From an uncultured delta proteobacterium (GTDB lineage: Bacteria; Desulfobacterota; Desulfobacteria; Desulfobacterales; Desulfosarcinaceae): a stretch of DNA of 64,000 nt. The notes under the pieces are model-generated. The model was not told where the DNA came from. It did not search any database and saw nothing but the letters and a program-made list of their open reading frames with translations. This document shows positions 51,009 to 61,888 of the stretch, in pieces. The translations under genes and the position numbers were made by a program. The stretch covers positions 47,122 through 111,121 of the forward strand of contig CAVPIL010000003.1 of the NCBI GenBank assembly GCA_963704985.1, given 5' to 3'. Each line of letters begins with the position of its first letter. Position 1 is the first letter of the stretch.

Positions 51009-51281
51009 TTACCTCTGCGGCTGCCCCAGCTTCCTGAAAAAGGTTTTTTGCCGCAATCTCAACAACGCCTCTCCTTCTTCCACTACATAGTAAACCGGTT
51101 GATTGTCTTCATCATAACAGGCATATAGGGCGTCGTAGCCCTTTGGGTCGGACACGACCATGATCCGCCGGACATCGTTGCCGAATCGCTCGCAAACCGC
51201 ATCCCAGGGCTCCGGGGATGCGTTCTCGATGGTTTCGACGGTTTGGGTCGCTTCATTGAAGTTGACGTGAAGTGATTGCAT
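51009..51281 (-). CDS. hypothetical protein
   Basis: GGAGG RBS before ATG 51281; 90 aa, no recognised motif. Confidence 0.65.
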   Translation of the reverse strand: MQSLHVNFNEATQTVETIENASPEPWDAVCERFGNDVRRIMVVSDPKGYDALYACYDEDNQPVYYVVEEGEALLRLRQKTFFRKLGQPQR

Positions 51282-51328
51282 GGCGCCTCCGTCATCGTTC
51301 ATCATTCCAAAAGGGATTCTACCCCCCA

Positions 51329-51991
51329 TCAAGGATCGAGGATAAAATCCGTGATATATGGGTTTTGCTTCTTTTCACGACCGATGGTGCTGCTGGGCTG
51401 TTCGCCGTAATCGTGGCCCGGCCAGATGCGCGTGTCATCCGCCAGGACGATGAGTTTGGTCAAGATGCTGCGGATCAGACGGTCCAGCGATCCGCCTTTC
51501 AGGTCGGTGCGACCGGCGTCGCCCACGAACAGGGTGTCGCCGGTAAAGAGTTGCCCGTCCACCAGAAAACAGCAGGAGCCCGGCGTATGCCCCGGCGTGT
51601 GGAGCACCCGGATGGTTGCCGCCCCCAGTTGAACCTGCTCATCGTCGATGAGCAGCCGATCCGCAACGGTGTTCGCCGTCAGTCCAGTCTGCCGTTCTAG
51701 ATCGCCGATTTCCGGTGAATCGGCGAATAATCCGCTGTCTTCGACGTGCATACAAACCGGCACGTTAAGGGCTGCTTTCAACGCCGCGTTGGCCAGTAAG
51801 TGGTCCGGGTGGCCATGGGTGTTAAGAATCAGGCAGGCGGTGGCTTTTTCCCGTTCCAGCGTGTCGATGATCGTTTGCGGTTCGCAGGCCGGATCAATGA
51901 TGGCGGAAAGCCCGGTTTTCCGGCAGGCCACGATGTAGGTGTTGACCAGAAAGGGCCCCAATGGCAGACGGATGATCGTGATGGCATTCAT
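51329..51991 (-). CDS. MBL-fold metallo-hydrolase (glyoxalase II-like)
   Basis: THGHPDH, HTPGHTPG, FTGDTLF, PGH. Confidence 0.93.
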   Translation of the reverse strand: MNAITIIRLPLGPFLVNTYIVACRKTGLSAIIDPACEPQTIIDTLEREKATACLILNTHGHPDHLLANAALKAALNVPVCMHVEDSGLFADSPEIGDLERQTGLTANTVADRLLIDDEQVQLGAATIRVLHTPGHTPGSCCFLVDGQLFTGDTLFVGDAGRTDLKGGSLDRLIRSILTKLIVLADDTRIWPGHDYGEQPSSTIGREKKQNPYITDFILDP

Positions 51992-52151
51992 TGTTTCCCT
52001 TCGCCTTCCCGTCAGGACAGGCTGATAAAAGATTACCCGCTGCCAATGGGGCTGTCAATCGGCCAATGGTCATAGCTGCGGCCTTGGCCTTGCGTTGGGG
52101 TCGAAGCAGCCTTACCATCTGCAACCGATGATACACGCCTTGGAGGAATCT

Positions 52152-52712
52152 ATGCGATCATTTACCCAAAAGATTCTGCTGGTTGCCGTCATGACCCTGG
52201 CCGGCTGTACCACCGTGCAGGTGAGCCAGGATTATGACCCCCAGGCGAATCTGCCGCGTTACGGCACCTGGCAGTGGCGCGATCCGGTTCAGGCTTCGAC
52301 CGGGGACATCCGCGCAGACAATCCCTTGCTGGACAAACGCATTCGCCATGCGATCGAGAATCATCTGGCCCATCGCAACATCAGCCTTGTCCAGGGGCAA
52401 CCGGATCTCTTCCTGACCTACCATCTGGCCATTGAGCAGAAAATCCAGAGCGACACCTATTATTCGACCATGGGTGTGGGCAGCTATTATCACCCATGGT
52501 ACGGCGGCATGGGCAGCGAAACGCGCATCCATCAGTACGACGAAAGTCGTCTGACCATCGACATCCATGCCGCCGATACGGGCGACCTGCTGTGGCGGGG
52601 AGTTGGCACCTACCGGCTGAAAACCTATAAAACACCGCAAGAAGCTGCCGCGGCAGCCCAGAAAACGGTGGACAAGATCTTACTGCAGTTTCCGCCAACC
52701 GGGCCGCAGTGA
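52152..52712 (+). CDS. DUF4136-type lipoprotein
   Basis: GGAGG RBS, lipobox LAGC, DYDP, L.IDI..A..G.L.WRG, ending FPP. Confidence 0.85.
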   Translation: MRSFTQKILLVAVMTLAGCTTVQVSQDYDPQANLPRYGTWQWRDPVQASTGDIRADNPLLDKRIRHAIENHLAHRNISLVQGQPDLFLTYHLAIEQKIQSDTYYSTMGVGSYYHPWYGGMGSETRIHQYDESRLTIDIHAADTGDLLWRGVGTYRLKTYKTPQEAAAAAQKTVDKILLQFPPTGPQ

Positions 52713-52774
52713 ATTCTCCGCAAGGGGTACAAACAGGCATAACTGCGGCTGGCTGGCCCGACGACGGTTAACCG

Positions 52775-54094
52775 TTAAACCGGTACTCCCGCCTTCTTGT
52801 TGAGCGCCTGCCAGTATTGGCGATACGCCCAGCCGGGCGTCTTTTCTACCGGCATCGTTTCGATGCGCGCCATCCATGATCGGGTCAGCGCTTCGGCTTG
52901 TCTGAAGGCCTCCCTGCAAAACATCAGGTTATTCTCGTTCGCGGTTTGTGCTGATTCTTCCACCAAAGTGCGTTCCAGGGCGTCCCTGTCGCCGGCCAAT
53001 GCAGCCGACCGTTTCTGATAGTCCATCAGGATGCTGCGATGCAGGCGTTCGTGCCGCCACCACAGGCAACGGGCGTCGTATGCGGCTCCGGGGGGTGGGC
53101 CCACGTCGGGCATGCCATGCGTGTCGAAGCGCAGCGGTTTGAAGATGCCCGTACACGGCGCCGAGGTGCCCGTGGCCCAGTATGTGCGCGATTGCGCTGT
53201 CAAATGGGCCGCAAGCGATCCGGTGGTCTGAAATCCGCGGGAGAGCGGGTTGGCGGCGTGCATGCAGATGCGGTCCATGAACAGATGGGTGGCGGGCAGG
53301 TAGTCGGGCGTATCGTGGTCCCGCAGGCAGCTCAGGGCACCGGCCAGGTTCAGTTTGTCATGCGGGGTGTCGATCTGCTGCAGGCATCGGCCCTGCCGGG
53401 TTGACGAGAAGGAGAAGGTGGTGTTGAACCAGTCAGAATAGCACCCTTTAAAGCTGAAGGTACGGCCGGGCTTCAGCCAGCCCTTGTCTCTGGCCGTGTC
53501 GATGAGTCGCGGGTGGCTGCGGTCGAAGTCGGCGTCCAGGGTCAGGCGGTTGGAGATGGCCCAGGCATGGGTGATGCGTTTTGCCGCCCACAGGTCACCG
53601 GCGGTTTCAAGCACCCACGCGTCGGAAGGGTCCGCACACAGAAAACTGTTGTGGTAGGCCATGCGCCGGTCCGTGTAGCCGCAGACGCCGCCCTGGCCGT
53701 GGTCGGCCAGCAGGCCGACCATGACCTCCACAGCCTGCTCGGCGCGGTCGGCACGCTCCAGGGCCAGGCGCAACAGATCCATGCCGGTGAGTGCACCCCC
53801 ATGGTTCACCGGCATGCGGGTGAAAACTGCTTCGTTGCCGATGACGAGGCCCTTGGCGTTGGCGCCCATCTCGGCTCCCCACATCCAGAAGGGTCGGCAG
53901 AGCAGCACGTCGAATGTTTGCCGAACCTGGGGGATCGCCACGTGGGTGCAGCGCACCTGCTGGCCGTGGCCATGGGCTCCAGCGCCAACGAATTCCAGGG
54001 CCATGGCCTCGTTGGGCTCCCGGTCGCTGTTTTTGCCGAAGATCACCGATCCGTCCGCCGTTGCGGTTTTCAGGGCCACGAAGGTGTCACACAT
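52775..54094 (-). CDS. peptidase C69 family (secernin/dipeptidase, Ntn hydrolase)
   Basis: MCDTFVA, FGKNSDREPNE, WMWGAEMGAN, LRLALER. Confidence 0.9.
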   Translation of the reverse strand: MCDTFVALKTATADGSVIFGKNSDREPNEAMALEFVGAGAHGHGQQVRCTHVAIPQVRQTFDVLLCRPFWMWGAEMGANAKGLVIGNEAVFTRMPVNHGGALTGMDLLRLALERADRAEQAVEVMVGLLADHGQGGVCGYTDRRMAYHNSFLCADPSDAWVLETAGDLWAAKRITHAWAISNRLTLDADFDRSHPRLIDTARDKGWLKPGRTFSFKGCYSDWFNTTFSFSSTRQGRCLQQIDTPHDKLNLAGALSCLRDHDTPDYLPATHLFMDRICMHAANPLSRGFQTTGSLAAHLTAQSRTYWATGTSAPCTGIFKPLRFDTHGMPDVGPPPGAAYDARCLWWRHERLHRSILMDYQKRSAALAGDRDALERTLVEESAQTANENNLMFCREAFRQAEALTRSWMARIETMPVEKTPGWAYRQYWQALNKKAGVPV

Positions 54095-54151
54095 GCTTCA
54101 CCGTCCGATCTTTCCCGGCAAGCCAAGCGTGCCGTTTGCTGAAAACAGATC

Positions 54152-56278
54152 TTATTCGGCAGCCTTCTCCTCGGACGTGGAAAGGTGGCCTCCCAGCGCA
54201 TTGAGCAGCAGGGTGATGGGTCGGTTTTCCTCGCTGTTGCCGGTAAACCGGATGGGGCCGGGGTGGCGGTAGTGGTCTTCTCCCGGTGTGGCTGCCAGCC
54301 ACTTGTCGCGGAATGTTTTAACGACCCTGAATGCCGGTGCGTTGACATCCACGATGCTTTTCTCCAGCACCAGTTCCAGCTTGCCTTTGCGCTCCTCCAG
54401 GTGCATGAGCGGAGCGATGGGAATGCCGATGGGGTACCAGTGGGAAAAATCCTGCTCCAGGTTCAAGATAGCGGCCATCTGCCCGGTGGCGCCGTTGGCG
54501 ATCAGGCTGAATACGGTCCGGCCCAGGTTATAGGTGTAAATGCAGTCGAAACGGGTGGGGTCACTGCCCCGGCCGTCGTATCCGTAAAAGTGGGTCTGGG
54601 TTTTGAATTTGGGGACGGACTGTTCGAAAATTTTCATGATGGGCGCCGGAATGGGGTCTTCCTCGTCCAGGAACCCGGCCTTGACCAGAGCCGCCCTGAG
54701 GGTTTTTTTGGAGAAGATGGTTTTCTTGATCATCAGGTATTGGGCCTGCTTCCAGTGCTCGAAAAGAATGGGCCCGTAGAGTTCCGGGTCCAGCCCGCCC
54801 TTTTGCATCGTCTTGACGAAATGCGCATCCTGGATGCCGATCTTGTAGTGACCCTTTTCCTTTAAAATGCCCAGGTAGTCTTTCACCAGGTCGAGGAGCA
54901 CTTTTTCCGTTTCGACCTGGGAGAACTGGAAATTGCCATGGCTGTCCCGTTCGGTGAGCAGCCCTTCCTGGAAGAAGGCGGGAATGTCGTTGAACAGTTC
55001 GTCGTCCCGGGCATTCCATACGTTGTAGGAGACGTCCTGGCGGATGCCTCGCACCAGCCGGCGCAGGTACTCCAGCTTGTCGTCAAGGGTGGGTAAGGCG
55101 GTGTGAAAATCCCGATCGTGCATTTTGTTGTAGTTGCCGATGATCGTGTTGAGTTTGATGATGAACACCTGGATTTCGTTGATGAACTCCAGCACGCCTT
55201 CGGGGATCACCAGTACCCCGTAGTTCTTGCCCACGGCGGCCCGATCGAGAACCGCATCACAGATCACGCGGGAGAGGTGCCGTAGGGTCATGCCGTAAGC
55301 GGTGTAGTCCACCACACCCTTTTTTTGAGCTGTTGCGAGTCGGGCATGGTCCACGTAGTCGGCCAGGTCTTCACCGATCAGGGTCATGTTGGCGTGGGTC
55401 TGAAGGGCCACTTCCAGGGCCAGATGGCTGGCCACGCGGCCCATGACCTTGCACACGTGCCAGTATTTCACGTCGGAGCTTGAGTCGGTGCACAGGTTGG
55501 CTATGGCCTGGGAGAAGGCGCGGGCAGCGGTGTGAAAGCCGAAGGACATGGCGCACAGCACCTTGCCCTGGGAGTCGCGGACCTGGATGTCGCCGTCGAT
55601 GGTTTTGGGGACACCAACGACCTGGACGCCGTCTTCGAACATGGCCTGGGCCAGAAAGGCGGCGTTGGTGTTGGAGTCGTCGCCCCCCACCACCACCAGG
55701 GCATCCAGCCCCAGCTGTTGGCAGGTTTCCCGGGACAGGTCCATCTTCTTCTGGTTGTCGATTTTGGTGCGTCCGGTCTTGATCATGGTGAACCCGCCCA
55801 CATTCCTGTACTGGTCCACCATTTCTCCGGTCAGCTCCAGGTAGTCGCCTTCGATGATGCCGTCGGGGCCCATGAGAAATCCGAAGATCCGCGTCTGGGG
55901 ATTGACTCCTTTGGCGGCGTCGAACAGTCCGGCAATGACGTTGTGACCGCCGGGGGCAGGTCCGCCGGAGAAGACGATGCCGATGTTACGCGCTTTTTTA
56001 TACCGCTCCTTCACATCATCAGCCGCATCATCGCTGCCCTCAACCCGCTGGACGGTGTTGGCGATGATGTGCGACAGCTGCCGGTGGGCCATCTTGTCGA
56101 TCTCGAAATGGTACTGCGTATCGGTCACCAGCGTGGTGAAAGGGCGTTGAAACACGTCGCACACGGGAGGCTGGTAGGCGATTCTCTCTTTCAGCTCCAG
56201 ATTCACATCGGCAACGGCGTCTGTAACCGCTGGATGGTCGAGCAGTTTGTCGAGTCGGATGGTGGATGGTTCCGGCAT
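54152..56278 (-). CDS. pfp: pyrophosphate-dependent phosphofructokinase, long type
   Basis: SGGPAPGGHNVI, GGDDSNTNA, PKTIDGD, MGRVASH, GY.GR. Confidence 0.88.
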   Translation of the reverse strand: MPEPSTIRLDKLLDHPAVTDAVADVNLELKERIAYQPPVCDVFQRPFTTLVTDTQYHFEIDKMAHRQLSHIIANTVQRVEGSDDAADDVKERYKKARNIGIVFSGGPAPGGHNVIAGLFDAAKGVNPQTRIFGFLMGPDGIIEGDYLELTGEMVDQYRNVGGFTMIKTGRTKIDNQKKMDLSRETCQQLGLDALVVVGGDDSNTNAAFLAQAMFEDGVQVVGVPKTIDGDIQVRDSQGKVLCAMSFGFHTAARAFSQAIANLCTDSSSDVKYWHVCKVMGRVASHLALEVALQTHANMTLIGEDLADYVDHARLATAQKKGVVDYTAYGMTLRHLSRVICDAVLDRAAVGKNYGVLVIPEGVLEFINEIQVFIIKLNTIIGNYNKMHDRDFHTALPTLDDKLEYLRRLVRGIRQDVSYNVWNARDDELFNDIPAFFQEGLLTERDSHGNFQFSQVETEKVLLDLVKDYLGILKEKGHYKIGIQDAHFVKTMQKGGLDPELYGPILFEHWKQAQYLMIKKTIFSKKTLRAALVKAGFLDEEDPIPAPIMKIFEQSVPKFKTQTHFYGYDGRGSDPTRFDCIYTYNLGRTVFSLIANGATGQMAAILNLEQDFSHWYPIGIPIAPLMHLEERKGKLELVLEKSIVDVNAPAFRVVKTFRDKWLAATPGEDHYRHPGPIRFTGNSEENRPITLLLNALGGHLSTSEEKAAE

Positions 56279-56582
56279 TCAGCCCTCCTGAATAGGTGTT
56301 GATCGGGTTGATGGATTGCGCTTCCCCTGACGGGAACCGATTGGTCTGTTAGATCAATTCTTTTATCCCCGGGCTGCGGTTCAAGTCAAGGTAATTGTAC
56401 CTCTATGCGGGGTATTCCGTCCGGCATAACCCCTTGAGAGAAAAGCACAAGCGCGAGCAATGAAACTGAATGGAAAGGGCGGCGGCGGGTAGGGTCGCAA
56501 GGAGAATCTTGACAACACCGGCGCGAGCCGCTACTGAGGATGGCGCTGTTTACCCGCAACTCCAAAAGGTTCGGTATCACCC

Positions 56583-57293
56583 ATGAAACCCATCTTAATC
56601 GTCAAGGCCGGGGGCACCTACCCGGATATGGCGGCCCGGTACGGTGACTTCGAGGACTGGTTCCTTGCGCGCATGGACCGGTCGGCGGCCCCGATCCAAA
56701 CCGTCAGCCCCTTTTCAGGACAGCGTCTGCCGCAGACGGCATCTTACGGTGGAATCATCATCACCGGGTCCCACGACATGGTGACCGAAAAACACCCCTG
56801 GAGCGAGCGGACCGCCGGTTGGATCAAACAGGCCGTGGAAGCAGAGATCCCTGTCCTGGGGGTCTGTTACGGCCATCAGCTCCTGGCCCACGCCATGGGC
56901 GGCGTGGTGGGTGACAACCCCAAGGGAAAAGAGTTCGGTACGGTGTCGGTCCGGCTCAACCCACAGGGACGGCAGGACCGGCTGTTTGATGGGACCCCTG
57001 AGACGTTTACCGCCCAGGCCTGTCACAGCCAAAGCGTGCTGCAACTGCCGGCCGGCGCGACACTGCTGGCCGCGTCGGATATGGATCCCCACCATGCATT
57101 TGCCATCGGAAGGCGGGCCTGGGGCGTTCAGTTTCACCCCGAATTCAACGGACAGATCCTGCGGATTTACATCCAGCGATTTGCCGATGATCTCCATGCC
57201 CAAGGTCGTGATGTGGCGCGGTTGCTAGCGGACGTTAAGGAAACGCCCCAAAGCAATGCGCTGCTGCACCGATTCCAGTCCTTGTGCGCCTGA
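56583..57293 (+). CDS. type 1 glutamine amidotransferase
   Basis: IITGS, LGVCYGHQ, GVQFHPE; upstream TTGACA-17 nt-TACTGA. Confidence 0.9.
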   Translation: MKPILIVKAGGTYPDMAARYGDFEDWFLARMDRSAAPIQTVSPFSGQRLPQTASYGGIIITGSHDMVTEKHPWSERTAGWIKQAVEAEIPVLGVCYGHQLLAHAMGGVVGDNPKGKEFGTVSVRLNPQGRQDRLFDGTPETFTAQACHSQSVLQLPAGATLLAASDMDPHHAFAIGRRAWGVQFHPEFNGQILRIYIQRFADDLHAQGRDVARLLADVKETPQSNALLHRFQSLCA

Positions 57294-57524
57294 ATCGCGC
57301 CGCAGCGTCTCCAGGACTGCCAATCAGGGCTTTACTTTGTTTGCATCTTATAATAAATATTAGTTGTCTTTTTGGTTCACCTTTTCTATTGAACGGCATT
57401 TATCCCGATATCGGTTGACGCTTCAAGGCTCTCCCGGAACGGCTTATTCTTCAGTTATACCGTGGATCCAGCCGCAGTTTTGCGGCTTCACTATGTTCTA
57501 ATCTATCAAGGAGGAGGAGCACGT

Positions 57525-58349
57525 ATGAAAAGAGGTATATTTACCGCACTGGCGATGGTTGCCGCAGTGACCTTTTGCCTGGGAACGGCCTTCGGCGCGG
57601 ACATCGAACTGGCCAGAAAATCCCACATCACCAAAATTCTGGAGCGGGGTGAACTGCGCGTGGGTTTCGAATCCGGCTACATGCCCTTTGAGATGACCAA
57701 CAAAAAAGGCGAGTTCATCGGTTTCGATATGGATTTCGGACGGCAGATGGCCAAGGCCATGGGCGTCAAGTTCGTTCCCGTCAACACCGCCTGGGACGGC
57801 ATCATTCCGGCCCTGGTCACCGACAAGTTCGACATCATCATGGGCGGCATGACCATCACCCAGGAGAGAAACCTCAAGGTATCCTTTGCCGATCCCTACA
57901 TCATCGTTGGCCAGGCCATTCTGCTGAACAAGAAACACGAAGGCACCGTCAAATCCTACAAGGACCTCAACGATCCCAAATACATCCTCACTTCCCGCAT
58001 GGGCACCACCGGTGAGCAGGCCATCAAGCGCATGATCCCCAAGGCCACCTACAAAGGGTTCGAATCCGAAGCCGAAGGCGGCATGGAAGTGATCAACGGC
58101 AAAGCCGATGCGCTGGTCTACGACCTGCCCTTTATCGGCGTGCTTTATTCCAGCCAGGGTCAGGGCAAGACCGTGTTCCTGGATCAGCCCTTCACCTACG
58201 AACCCCTGGCCTGGGCCATCAACCAGGGCGACCCGGACTTTCTGAATTTTCTGAACAACTTCCTCAGGCAGAGCAAGGGCGACGGGTTCTACGAAAAAGT
58301 GTACAACAAATGGATTCTGGGTTCGGACTGGAAGAAAGAACTCGAGTAA
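57525..58349 (+). CDS. polar amino-acid ABC transporter substrate-binding protein
   Basis: Signal peptide, Y.PFE, GFD.D, WDGIIPAL, GMTIT.ER, GTTG. Confidence 0.93.
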   Translation: MKRGIFTALAMVAAVTFCLGTAFGADIELARKSHITKILERGELRVGFESGYMPFEMTNKKGEFIGFDMDFGRQMAKAMGVKFVPVNTAWDGIIPALVTDKFDIIMGGMTITQERNLKVSFADPYIIVGQAILLNKKHEGTVKSYKDLNDPKYILTSRMGTTGEQAIKRMIPKATYKGFESEAEGGMEVINGKADALVYDLPFIGVLYSSQGQGKTVFLDQPFTYEPLAWAINQGDPDFLNFLNNFLRQSKGDGFYEKVYNKWILGSDWKKELE

Positions 58350-58494
58350 CCATGTGACCTTATAAAGACGGGTGTTCATGATCCACACACAGGCCGGCCG
58401 GACCTTTCTCGGCCGGCCTGTGACGTCATGGCGCCGGATTTCCCTGAACCCCTTGCCCTCACAGCTTTCACCCCAGCAGGAAGAAGATGCGATC

Positions 58495-59501
58495 ATGAGC
58501 GATGAAAACAGTCAGCGGATTACAGGACGACCCGCCAATTACAACACATGGGTCATCATTTTCTGCTTAGGTGTACTGGTTTTTCTGGGATTGTTCTACT
58601 ACGCCACCCAGAAGATCCAATATAACTGGCGATGGAACCGCACGCCGATCTATTTTGCCTATCACGATGACATCCATGTGTATGCCACCATTGACGGAGA
58701 AGTGTCGTCGATCCGGACGGAAGGCAAGCGGGCCGTCATCACGGTTAAAGGCGTCGGTGAAGAGGCAGACTACACGGCACCGGCCAAGGGCGTGCGCGTG
58801 TCCGAAGGCGAATTCATCTCACCGGGAGATATGCTGGCCAGCTACAAGCAATGGAAACCGGGCCTGTTGGTGATCGGTCTGTGGATTACCCTCAAGATCA
58901 GCGTGATGTCCACCCTTTTCGGCGTGATCATCGGCATCATCAGCGGTCTGATGCGCATTTCCGACAACCCGGCCTTGCGCTGGACGTCCATTTTCTATGT
59001 GGAACTGATCCGGGGCTCGCCGCTGATGGTGCAGATCCTGATCTGGTATTTCGTTCTGGGGACGCTGATCAACGACCTGCTCTCGGCCTATGGGTGGGGG
59101 CAAATTCCGGCCTTCTGGTACGGTGTCGCCTCCCTGGCATTCTTTGCCGGCGCCTATGTGTCGGAAATCGTGCGGGCCGGCATCCAGTCCATCCACCGCG
59201 GACAGACCGAAGCCGCCCGCTCCCTGGGCATGAGCTATGCCCAATCCATGCGCCACATTATCCTCCCCCAGGCGCTGCGCCGAATTCTCCCGCCCCTTGC
59301 GGGACAGTTTATCAGCCTGATCAAGGATTCCTCTCTGTTGGGGATCATCGCCATCCGCGAGTTGACCAAAGCGGCCCGGGAAGCGGTTACAGCCACGCTG
59401 CAACCCTTCGAAGTTTACATCCTATTAGGGCTGTTGTACCTGGTGCTTACCTTTACGCTTTCCATGTACGTGCAATACCTTGAGAGGAGGATGGCGATAT
59501 C

Positions 59502-59505
<4 letters not shown>
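58495..59505 (+). CDS. polar amino-acid ABC transporter permease
   Basis: [36 protein letters not shown]. Confidence 0.93.
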
Positions 59506-60233
<728 letters not shown>

Positions 60234-60318
60234 AATGAGTTGAGATGGTTGGTCGGTTTGGATGGTTTAGCGTTCAGCTTTGCGTGATGTACCTGCCATA
60301 AGATATAGATATCTTGAA

Positions 60319-60354
60319 TAAAACGCCCGGAAACCAAAGGCTCCGGGCGTTTTA
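60319..60354. terminator. bidirectional intrinsic terminator
   Basis: TAAAACGCCCGGA...TCCGGGCGTTTTA between convergent genes. Confidence 0.85.
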
Positions 60355-60391
60355 CGTAGGCGCATGACCGCCTAACACCAGGGCGGCAGCA

Positions 60392-61528
60392 TCAGAAGTT
60401 TTCAACCGTTTCCCGGTAAACCACTCCCCGCTCGGCCAGGCCTTTGAGGATGAATTCCATACAGGCCGCTTCCCTGCCGATCCGTTCAGGCGGAATTACT
60501 CCCTTTTGACTGAAGTGTCCCTGCCTGATCAGCCGGGTGACCACAGTGGCGGTGAAGCCGGTGGTGCGGGCCATGGAGTGAATTTTGCTTTGTGGGTCGT
60601 AGCGGTCAAGCAGGTCCCAGGTGGTGCGAACCCGTTGGCCGCTTTTTTCTCCTTCGACCACGACCTTCATGACGGTGATATCCACTTCGCCCTCCTTGAG
60701 CTGCCACATGGGAAAGAGCAGTTTGGCGGTGACGTCCAGGGGGCGGATCGTGACCCCATTCACCTCGATGGGTTCCGTGCTGAAAAAACCCGAGGCGCGC
60801 AGAACGGCCATTTTCTCGATGTGGCCGGGGTAGCGCAGGGTCTTTTCCTTCATGTTGGGAATTGCCAGGGTTTTATAAAGTGAGCGCAGGCCGTCCGTAT
60901 TGAAGGCTTCGAGGGTGCCGATGCCCGGAAAATCGATGTACTCCGGATCGCTCAGGGCCGGCCGCTGCACCAGGGCCCCGTTCTCCACGAAAAATGCGGG
61001 CCGCACGTACTCTTCGATGACATCGGAGGGTGAAAACACCGCCTTGTACTCATAGGGCCACTGGCGGATTTCAGGCAGCCCGCCCACATAGATAAGGGCG
61101 TTATCGGTCCGGTCCAGGCGCCGATGGCATCGGCCCACCAGCATGTTGCTCATGCCCGGCGCCACCCCGCAGTCCACCACCGCCGTGACCCCTTTCTCCT
61201 TGGCCAGGGCATCCAGCGAAAATGGATCTTGGGGGAAAAAGGCAATGTCGACCACGTCCTTTCCCGCTTCGATGATGCTTTGCAGGGTTGCAAAGCCCAT
61301 GAATCCGGGAACGGCATTGACCACCATGTCCGCCTGATCCAGGATCCGGGTCAGGGCCGCTTTGTCGGCCAGATCGGCTTGGACGGTCTTTATACGATTC
61401 ATTGCGGCCAGCCGGGACAGGGCCTTGGCGCTGATGTCGGCTACCGTTACGTGTGCATCGGTGTCACCGGCCAGATCTATTGCCATGGGGGCGCCTACGA
61501 GTCCGGCGCCGAGAACCACTATGTTCAT
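60392..61528 (-). CDS. saccharopine dehydrogenase family protein (lysine 6-dehydrogenase-like)
   Basis: LGAGLVG, DCGVAPGMSN, VGGLP, EEY.RP, EKTLRYPGH, MARTTG. Confidence 0.88.
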   Translation of the reverse strand: MNIVVLGAGLVGAPMAIDLAGDTDAHVTVADISAKALSRLAAMNRIKTVQADLADKAALTRILDQADMVVNAVPGFMGFATLQSIIEAGKDVVDIAFFPQDPFSLDALAKEKGVTAVVDCGVAPGMSNMLVGRCHRRLDRTDNALIYVGGLPEIRQWPYEYKAVFSPSDVIEEYVRPAFFVENGALVQRPALSDPEYIDFPGIGTLEAFNTDGLRSLYKTLAIPNMKEKTLRYPGHIEKMAVLRASGFFSTEPIEVNGVTIRPLDVTAKLLFPMWQLKEGEVDITVMKVVVEGEKSGQRVRTTWDLLDRYDPQSKIHSMARTTGFTATVVTRLIRQGHFSQKGVIPPERIGREAACMEFILKGLAERGVVYRETVENF

Positions 61529-61888
61529 CTAATTCTCCTTTGGTTGGTTGAGGCTAAGGCTCATTGGAACTCAGCCCGGGTGCCTGAAAAACGGCTTGGG
61601 TCAGGGCCTTGTGGGTTCATATGGTCGACAATGGGGTCAGTCGCGGAAAAGGGGCATCATAAGCCGCTGAAGCGGTTGAGATGGGCGACGGCAAAGCGCG
61701 GGTTGCAATCGACAGCCACGCCGGTGGAACGGTCGTGTCGGAGCGGCGCGTGGCGGTTATTGAACAAAGGTGCGGGCATGTATCTTCTCCTGGCTCAGTT
61801 GCCTGTGTCTGTGGGTTGAGCAGTCGCCAGCCTGCCCAAAAAACCGGTGGCCGTCAATAAAATAAACCGGTTGTCCGGGCAAGCGCGC

